A DNA stretch of 64,000 bases from Oceanispirochaeta sp. (GTDB lineage Bacteria > Spirochaetota > Spirochaetia > DSM-2461): assembly GCA_963663385.2 (NCBI GenBank), contig CAXXXD010000003.1:1216001-1280000 (forward strand), read 5' to 3'. The notes under the pieces were generated by a model, which made no database searches, was not told the origin of the DNA, and saw nothing but the letters and a program-made list of their open reading frames with translations. Positions 57,575 to 64,000 of this stretch are shown here, piece after piece (positions within the stretch are counted from its first letter, which is position 1; every line of letters starts with the position of its first letter). A program made the translations under genes and the position numbers.

Positions 57575-58539
57575 TGTTTTTAAATCCGGAGTATGCCGCT
57601 CTTTTCATTTTACCCGTATTGATTCTCCTGTTTTCCTTTTTGGGTAGAAGCATACGTTTCTCGGCTTACAGGGAGATGACCGGAAAAATACAGTTGAATT
57701 CTCTTTCTCCGGGTACTCTGATAATCCTTCCGGCAGTAGTTCTGATTGTCCTGTCGTTAATGCGTCCCGTCTCTCACCCGGAAGAGCAGGAGATAGAAAT
57801 GGAAGGCCGTAATATTGTCTTTCTGGTTGATGTATCCCGCAGTATGCTGGCTGAAGATCTGATTCCCGACAGACTGGACCGAACCCGTTTTGATTTGCAG
57901 GCAGCCCTGCCTTTCCTGGCAGGACATCGTGTTGCCCTTGTTGCATTTGCCGGAGATACGGTTCTTAAATGCCCACTCACAACAGACTATACCTTTTTTT
58001 ACCAGGCCGTTTCAGACCTCTCCACCCGGAGTGTCACAAAGGGCGGCAGCAGTATCGGTGATGCCTTGCGTTTTGTAATAAATGATCTTTTTCCTGATGA
58101 GACAGATATGATGGATATAATACTTATCACAGACGGGGAGGATCAGGAAACATATCCTGTTGAAGCAGCCTGTAAAGCTAAGGATAAAGGAATCCGGATT
58201 ATATCGATTGCCATGGGTAATGAGAAGGACGCCACACCAATTCCGGCAGCCGGAGAAGCGGAAGGAAGTGAATTCCTGACCTATAACAACGAGATTGTTC
58301 TTTCCTATCCGGATATTCAGACACTAGCCGAGGTGGCCGAAGCATCGAGGGGAGGTTGGATGATCAATGTCTCTGCCGGTTCTATTGATTTTGACAGGAT
58401 ACTCCGGGAAATGAGTGGACCCAGAGAAGAAACCGGGTCCTTTAAACATGTAACCTATACTGAATACTATCAGTGGTTTCTTCTTCCGGCTCTGATTCTT
58501 CTACTCTCCGGGTTATATTACAGGAAAATATATGGATAG
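57571..58539 (+). CDS. batB: VWA-domain protein BatB
   Basis: 'DVSRSMLAEDLIPDRL', 'FAG...CPLTTD', 'ITDGED' and 'YQWFL' motifs. Confidence 0.88.
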   Translation: MMFLNPEYAALFILPVLILLFSFLGRSIRFSAYREMTGKIQLNSLSPGTLIILPAVVLIVLSLMRPVSHPEEQEIEMEGRNIVFLVDVSRSMLAEDLIPDRLDRTRFDLQAALPFLAGHRVALVAFAGDTVLKCPLTTDYTFFYQAVSDLSTRSVTKGGSSIGDALRFVINDLFPDETDMMDIILITDGEDQETYPVEAACKAKDKGIRIISIAMGNEKDATPIPAAGEAEGSEFLTYNNEIVLSYPDIQTLAEVAEASRGGWMINVSAGSIDFDRILREMSGPREETGSFKHVTYTEYYQWFLLPALILLLSGLYYRKIYG

Positions 58540-59347
58540 AAGTCTCTTATTTAAAGTTATTCCGTTTCTGGTTTTTTTTCTCTGCATCAAGATATTGAGT
58601 GCCGAAGAAGCAGATCCTTATGCATTGTACTCACAGGGGAGTTTTTCGGAAGCGGCAGAACAATTTCTGAATAGCGCAGACAACACAGCAGACGATAAGG
58701 CACTCAGTAGAAGATATTATAATGCCGCCCGGGCTTTTCAGGAAGATTACAGGCAGAACCGGACTCCTGACTCCCTGAGTAAAGCCGTTGATCTTTACTA
58801 CAGGGTTCTGCAGCTGGATAAGGAAAACGATTCCGCAGCACATAATCTGGAACTGGCCAGAATGGAACAGATACAAAACCAGACAGAGCCGCAGAACGGT
58901 GAAAATCAGCAGAATGAGGATCAACAAAAACAGAATAGTCAGATGGACAATCAGAAGCAGGAAAAAAGCCTCTCTGAAAAACAGGAGGAACTTTCCGGAA
59001 GAAAGGATCAGAACAGTCCTGAACACAGGGAAGAACAGAAAAAGCTGAATGAGGAAACCAGAGAACAGATGGAGTCAGAGAAAGATTCCGCAAAAAAACA
59101 GCAGATGAAGGACGCTCTCAAAAAACAGGAAGAAGCTCTATCTCATATGGAGGAAAACAGAAACGAAGAAGCAAGGGAAGCTCAGAAGGAAGCGTCTCAA
59201 CTGTTAAAAGAAGCTTCTGAAGAGCAGCAGAACAGGGATCAACCTCTGGATGAAGATATACAGCAGATTCTGAATAACGAATACAGGCGTCAGCAGCAGG
59301 AAGAACAAAACCAACAGAATATTTATAGCGTGGAGAAGAACTGGTGA
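58532..59347 (+). CDS. batC: BatC-like TPR protein with a Q/E-rich coiled tail
   Basis: 'YYNAA' and 'AAHNLELA' motifs; C-terminal 'VEKNW'. Confidence 0.75.
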   Translation: MDRSLLFKVIPFLVFFLCIKILSAEEADPYALYSQGSFSEAAEQFLNSADNTADDKALSRRYYNAARAFQEDYRQNRTPDSLSKAVDLYYRVLQLDKENDSAAHNLELARMEQIQNQTEPQNGENQQNEDQQKQNSQMDNQKQEKSLSEKQEELSGRKDQNSPEHREEQKKLNEETREQMESEKDSAKKQQMKDALKKQEEALSHMEENRNEEAREAQKEASQLLKEASEEQQNRDQPLDEDIQQILNNEYRRQQQEEQNQQNIYSVEKNW

Positions 59348-61125
59348 AATATAGGATCTCTTTTTTACTCATACTTCTGGGGGTACTTGCACTTTCCCCC
59401 CTCTCATCGCAGAGCGCAAGAGCCGGGCTGGAAAGCGGCTCAGCCTATATTGGCCAACCGGTTCGTTATACCATACAGATATCAGGGGCGGAAAAAGCAG
59501 AACGTCCCGAACTTGAGGGGTTTGCCGGCTTTTCAATAGAGTCGGCCGGGGAATCCACGTCCATGCGCTCTTCGTTTCTTAACGGAAACGGTACCCGTGA
59601 AGTGATAAGCGAATTCACCTGGCTGCTGACACCTGTGAAACTCGGGAATTTAAGCATACCTTCTGTAATAGTCCGGGTTGACGGAAAGGAAATAATGACA
59701 AGACCGGCTAAGCTTGAAGTAATAGAACCAGGCCCGATGGAAGGATACCACCTCTTTCTTTCTGTAGAAGGAGCTACTGCCTTTCCCGGTCTTCCCATCC
59801 GCCTGACATTAAAATGGCTCTTTTCTTCACAGGTATCACAGCCGGAATTCTCACTGCCATTTCTGGAGAATCCGAATTTGAAGATAGGGCATCTGCCGGC
59901 CCCGTCTGTTCAGACGAATGATATCTATCAGTTCACGATAAACGGCTATCCTGTCTATGCCACGCAATCAGCAGAAATATATGAGGGGGAGCAGTACGCT
60001 TCCCTGACTATGGAGTGGGATATCTATCCGGTTAAAAGCGGTCCATTATCCATCAATCAGGCAATTCTCTCCTTTAAAAGAGGAGTCGGACGCGATGGCT
60101 GGGGCAATGCAAAATATGAAACAGCAGTAATCCCATCAAACCAGCTCGAAATTAATGTTCATGAGGTTCCAGAACAGTTAAAGAACTTTCCCGGAGGCCT
60201 TCTGATCTCAAAGGATCAAATGGGTGTGTCCCTGAATCTGGATCAGAGTAAGGTCTACCCGGGAGATCCTATAACAGCGGAAATCAGATTGGAAAATCTG
60301 ATTCAACCGGGTATGACCAATTTTAAGGGGCTTCATGAGTTCCCTGATCTGCAGGAACAGTTCAGAGTGGACAGTTCTTCCCTGATTTCGTACGAAGAAG
60401 ATGGCACACTGGTTATCAAGCAGACTTTAAGAGCTCGGAGTGATAGTGCCGTGGCATTCCCTTCCCTTGAGTTTCTCTACTACAATCAGAAAACCGGAAA
60501 GATAGATTCCGTTCTGACCGATCCGGTCGATCTTGAGATAATTCCCATCCAGCGAACGGACAGGGCAGCGGTTCTATCCAGCAGGATTTATAACTCGGTA
60601 GAATCTTTCGGAGAATCGGATTTGCTCTCTTTAAACTATAATGCTACCCTTGATGGAGTTAAAAACCATTGGTATGAAACAGTCCCGCTCTGGATGTTTC
60701 TGTTTATTCCTCCCTTACTGTACATGATTATGATTTGTATACAGCTTCTCAGAGAAGGGAATGCGGTACTGAAAATAGTATCCCTTTTAAAAAGGGATGA
60801 TTCCTATTCAAGGCTCAAAACACAGATTAATAAACTCCATAAGGAACCATCACTGAAAAACATAGGATACTTCAATATGTTCATTCGAGAATGGCTTGAG
60901 GAAGATAACCATATTAAGGCAAACAGTTCTCCTGAACTCTTTGCAGAAGTACTGCTTGAAAAAAAGGGATCAAAACGTGCCGGGGAAATACTGGTTCTTA
61001 TGGATAAAATGGATCGGCTGGTCTGGTCTGATCAGGGATCAGATAAAGATGCGGAAATATCTGCCATCCTGCCGGAGATTTGTCCGGATCTCTTCCTGGG
61101 TAGCAAAGGGAGAAAAATTTCATGA
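59344..61125 (+). CDS. batD: BatD-family protein
   Basis: Signal peptide, tandem Ig-like domains ('GNLSIPSVIVRVDGK') and a late TM segment. Confidence 0.82.
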   Translation: MKYRISFLLILLGVLALSPLSSQSARAGLESGSAYIGQPVRYTIQISGAEKAERPELEGFAGFSIESAGESTSMRSSFLNGNGTREVISEFTWLLTPVKLGNLSIPSVIVRVDGKEIMTRPAKLEVIEPGPMEGYHLFLSVEGATAFPGLPIRLTLKWLFSSQVSQPEFSLPFLENPNLKIGHLPAPSVQTNDIYQFTINGYPVYATQSAEIYEGEQYASLTMEWDIYPVKSGPLSINQAILSFKRGVGRDGWGNAKYETAVIPSNQLEINVHEVPEQLKNFPGGLLISKDQMGVSLNLDQSKVYPGDPITAEIRLENLIQPGMTNFKGLHEFPDLQEQFRVDSSSLISYEEDGTLVIKQTLRARSDSAVAFPSLEFLYYNQKTGKIDSVLTDPVDLEIIPIQRTDRAAVLSSRIYNSVESFGESDLLSLNYNATLDGVKNHWYETVPLWMFLFIPPLLYMIMICIQLLREGNAVLKIVSLLKRDDSYSRLKTQINKLHKEPSLKNIGYFNMFIREWLEEDNHIKANSSPELFAEVLLEKKGSKRAGEILVLMDKMDRLVWSDQGSDKDAEISAILPEICPDLFLGSKGRKIS

Positions 61126-61925
61126 ATAAGATTCCTGTTTCGAACAGAATATTAACTGTTTTTTGCATGATATGTGTCTTAACAACATCATCCTTTCTCC
61201 TGTTTTCCTCAAGTCAAAGGTCTGAGAATTGGAAAATATCTCTGGAAAAAGCTGAAGAATTTTTCCAGGAAGGCCTTGATAACCGGATGGATTCCTTTTT
61301 TCTCGCCATTGATGAATATAAGAAGGCGATGGAGTCAGGAGCCCCCCAGGATGCCCGTATTTACTATAACTGGGGGAATTCTCTCTATATGACCGGTTTT
61401 ATACCTGAGGCAGCCTTTCAATACAGACGAGCCCTTTATCTAAAACCGGGCGACAGTAAAATAAGAGAGAATCTTGCCCTGGCACTTGATGGTCAGAGTG
61501 ATGATCAGAATAATTCCCTTCTTCATAGAGTATTGTTTGCGCCCATATTTGTTTCAGGATACAGGGAAGCCCTTTACGGAGGACTGTTTCTCTTCAGCTT
61601 GTCGTGGATTCTACTGATAGCAGGTCTTTTAACCCGTAAAAAAACGGGAATATATTTCATGGTTTTATTCTGTTTATCCCTGTGTATACTTTCCGTTTGT
61701 GGAATCTGGCATTACAGAGCCTCAAAAACAGGAGTAATCCTGACCCGGAACGTTTCGCTGAGAAAAGGAGACAGTATCGCTTATGATCTGACAGGGAATC
61801 AGGGGATTCGGGGGGGGACAGTTTTCCAGTTGCTGAAAGAACGGAACGGATGGCAGTTGATTCGGCTTGAGAACAGTCAGGAGGGCTGGATTGAATCATT
61901 GGATACCAGAATGCTTCTGGAGTAA
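61122..61925 (+). CDS. batE: BatE-like TPR + SH3 protein
   Basis: 'YYNWGNSLY...YRRAL...IRENL', two TM segments, and an SH3b-like 'WQLIRLENSQEGWI'. Confidence 0.8.
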   Translation: MNKIPVSNRILTVFCMICVLTTSSFLLFSSSQRSENWKISLEKAEEFFQEGLDNRMDSFFLAIDEYKKAMESGAPQDARIYYNWGNSLYMTGFIPEAAFQYRRALYLKPGDSKIRENLALALDGQSDDQNNSLLHRVLFAPIFVSGYREALYGGLFLFSLSWILLIAGLLTRKKTGIYFMVLFCLSLCILSVCGIWHYRASKTGVILTRNVSLRKGDSIAYDLTGNQGIRGGTVFQLLKERNGWQLIRLENSQEGWIESLDTRMLLE

Positions 61926-61936
61926 ACGGATCAGCC

Positions 61937-61966
61937 TTGATCAATCCCTCTACTTCCGGTTATCTT
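61937..61966 (+). promoter_or_regulatory. Sigma-70 promoter, probably leaderless
   Basis: TTGATC-N18-TATCTT, 6 nt before the ATG at 61973, with no SD. Confidence 0.5.
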
Positions 61967-61972
61967 TCTGAT

Positions 61973-62344
61973 ATGGATAAAATTGAGAATGTCGCAATTC
62001 TGGGCGCCAGTAATAAAACAGACCGTTATTCTTATAAAGCCTTAATTATGCTCCTGGAAAAGGAGCATAATGTGTACCCTGTTCATCCGGTTCTTGAATC
62101 GATCAATGAACAGAAAGTATTTCCCTCTTTGAATGATATTGATGATGAGATACACACTCTGACAGTATACGTAGGTCCCCAGAGGATTTCTCCTCTGATT
62201 AAAGATATTATCAACCTGAATCCGGGCAGGGTTATCCTTAATCCCGGTACAGAGTCAGAAGAGTTGAAAGCAGCTCTTGAAGAAGCAAAAATCCCCTATA
62301 TGGAAGCCTGTACACTTGTTCTGTTAAGAACTGGTCAGTTTTAA
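61973..62344 (+). CDS. CoA-binding protein (YccU-like)
   Basis: 'VAILGASNKTDRYS', 'VYPVHP', 'NPGTES' and 'ACTLVL' motifs. Confidence 0.9.
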   Translation: MDKIENVAILGASNKTDRYSYKALIMLLEKEHNVYPVHPVLESINEQKVFPSLNDIDDEIHTLTVYVGPQRISPLIKDIINLNPGRVILNPGTESEELKAALEEAKIPYMEACTLVLLRTGQF

Positions 62345-62350
62345 ACGACC

Positions 62351-64000
62351 TTATTCAGACCAATAGGATTCAATAATCGACTGGCTGAGGAGTTCCGGCA
62401 GGATGCGGGGGTCTTCTCCCGGTTTATAAAGTATATACAAAGGAACTCCCGCCCTGTCAAAACTGTAGATCCATTCAAGTGCAGGCTGATTTGTACTGGT
62501 CAAATCCCCTCTGACCAGTACAACATCCTTTTCTTCAAAAAATCGATCCGCTTCTTCCGTGTAAAGAACATTCTTTTCATTTATTTTACATGTTGTGCAC
62601 CAGCTGGCGGAAAAAGCCAGAAAAACCGTTTTATCCCCGGAAATCAATTCATTCATTTTTTGGGGAGAGAACTCAATCCAGTTTCCCTTTAAGGATTGAC
62701 TGTAGCCTGTACTATTTTCTCCGAGTATAACCGATGGCGAAAGAAAAAAGAATGATGATAACACTATACCGCTCAAAGTGGTAAACCATATAAGCCTTTT
62801 CCCGTTTTTTTTCCGAATATTTCTCGAGGACCATCCCCATAACCAGGCTATGAATGAGAGAATCAAAAGAAACCACAGAAAGGGGATGAAACCGAGACCG
62901 ATCTGTTTTATAAGGGTTGAGCTTAGATAGACTGCCGTACCCACCATCAGAAAAGCCATAGCTTCTCTGAAAGTATCCATCCATTTTCCGGGTTTGGGCA
63001 TGTGCTTGAAAAATCCGGGAATAAACCCGAGGATTAGGAATGGGAGCGACAGTCCTAATCCTGTAACCGTCATTATGGCAATTATGATCAGGGGAGGCTG
63101 GGAAAAAGCAAATCCCATGGCAGCGCCCAGGAAGGGCGCTGTACAGGGAGTGGCTACAAATACCGCAAAGACACCTGTAAAGAATGATCCGGCATATCCC
63201 TTTTTCCCCGATAATCCGCTGGCTTTATTTAATCCTGAACTGGGTGGCAAAAGGATAAAAACTTCAAAAAGGGATAGGGCAAATATAAATATCACACTGA
63301 TAAGAACAATCAGAAAATAGGGGTTCTGAAATTGAAATCCCCAGCCCAGAAGATTTCCCGACTGCTGTAGAATCACAATAAACAGAGACATTGCCCAAAA
63401 AGAGAATATTATCCCTAAAGAATAAGTCAGGGCATTAATGAGAATGCTTTTTTTATCACCCTGACTTTGATTTATAAGATTCATGGCTTTAACAGAAAGA
63501 AGTGGTAGAACACAAGGCATCAGATTTAAAAGTATCCCACCCAGAAATGCCAGTAAAAGGTAATAGATGACAGAGGCTGAGCCTACCGGTTTTCCCCTGA
63601 TTGAAAGCATGGATGACAGCGTTTCTGATCCGGGGAAATAACAAATCCCGTCTTCATCACATAACTGGAAACGGGCGGTAACCGAAATCTCGTAGGCTCC
63701 CTCTTCAATAGTGTCAGGTACAAAATATTCCAGCCTTAGAAGAGCCTCCTCGTAAAAACTTTCAACCCCCTTTTCGACAACTCCTTCCGGATAGAGTGTT
63801 GAACCGAAAATAATACCCGATCCAGATTCTGCATCTAATCTGAAAATGCTATCTTCTTTAGTTTGATGATATCCTTCCGGAAAATGATAGAGTACTGAGA
63901 TAATACCGGATTCTCCCGGTTTAAGATTTATTTCATCCGATACAATTTCAATTTCCGGATCCGGAATCGTCTGTTTCCCTGAGAGATTGATTTGAGCAGT
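62351..64000 (-). CDS. dsbD: Thiol:disulfide interchange protein DsbD (5'-truncated by the window edge)
   Basis: The frame is open from 64000. Alpha domain 'QLCDEDGICYFP', TM domain 'NLMPCVLP' and 'TPCTAP', thioredoxin domain 'WCTTC'. Confidence 0.92.
   Translation of the reverse strand, partial: TAQINLSGKQTIPDPEIEIVSDEINLKPGESGIISVLYHFPEGYHQTKEDSIFRLDAESGSGIIFGSTLYPEGVVEKGVESFYEEALLRLEYFVPDTIEEGAYEISVTARFQLCDEDGICYFPGSETLSSMLSIRGKPVGSASVIYYLLLAFLGGILLNLMPCVLPLLSVKAMNLINQSQGDKKSILINALTYSLGIIFSFWAMSLFIVILQQSGNLLGWGFQFQNPYFLIVLISVIFIFALSLFEVFILLPPSSGLNKASGLSGKKGYAGSFFTGVFAVFVATPCTAPFLGAAMGFAFSQPPLIIIAIMTVTGLGLSLPFLILGFIPGFFKHMPKPGKWMDTFREAMAFLMVGTAVYLSSTLIKQIGLGFIPFLWFLLILSFIAWLWGWSSRNIRKKNGKRLIWFTTLSGIVLSSFFFLSPSVILGENSTGYSQSLKGNWIEFSPQKMNELISGDKTVFLAFSASWCTTCKINEKNVLYTEEADRFFEEKDVVLVRGDLTSTNQPALEWIYSFDRAGVPLYILYKPGEDPRILPELLSQSIIESYWSE

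Noticed and set aside
58860..59330. Purine-rich, repetitive-looking DNA
   Set aside because: Encodes the Q/E/K-rich tail of BatC; there is no fixed repeat unit or CRISPR-like spacing.
1072..63320. Numerous other 60-240 aa overlapping ORFs in the track (e.g. 1527-2129, 22200-22832, 30264-30989, 52001-52717)
   Set aside because: They are nested in or antisense to well-supported genes and have no recognisable motifs or ribosome-binding sites.

Overview
This is chromosomal DNA from a spirochete. Two FlaA sheath proteins, two FlaB flagellins, a PlzA-type PilZ protein and spirochetal lipoprotein signal peptides point to Spirochaetia; the genus cannot be determined from the sequence. The first 21.5 kb is a flagellar and translation block: flgN-flgK-flgL-fliW-csrA (+) converges on flaB-flaB-flaG-fliD-hyp-PilZ-hyp-tsaE-tsaB-HD-GYP (-), followed by infC-rpmI-rplT-zapB-zapA-6S RNA-plzA-TPR (-) and two flaA genes (+). 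From 21.5 to 53.7 kb are mostly housekeeping genes: tatD, fba, tRNA-Leu(TAA), a pseudouridine synthase, a REC-HD-GYP regulator, plsC, ttcA, hflX, an M23 peptidase/FecR/lipoprotein cluster, metA, an MFS-HEAT fusion, a Rep/UvrD helicase, a stand-alone homocysteine methyltransferase domain, a DUF362 Fe-S protein with an M28 peptidase, gpmI, glpK, an MBL-cNMP protein and prfC. The last 10 kb holds a moxR-DUF58-bat operon, a CoA-binding protein and a 5'-truncated dsbD. I found no IS element, integrase, CRISPR array or rRNA, and no clear-cut novel system. The strongest non-obvious signals are four: (i) a diverged, synonymous-biased second copy of the hflX 3' end that brackets a lipoprotein gene with a paralog 3.5 kb away; (ii) a perfect sigma-28 promoter placed for leaderless transcription of a non-flagellar DUF362/M28 operon; (iii) identical GGCATGGATGCC CsrA-type hairpins in both flaB leaders; (iv) several apparently leaderless genes. 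All product calls rest on motif recognition by eye, not on database searches.
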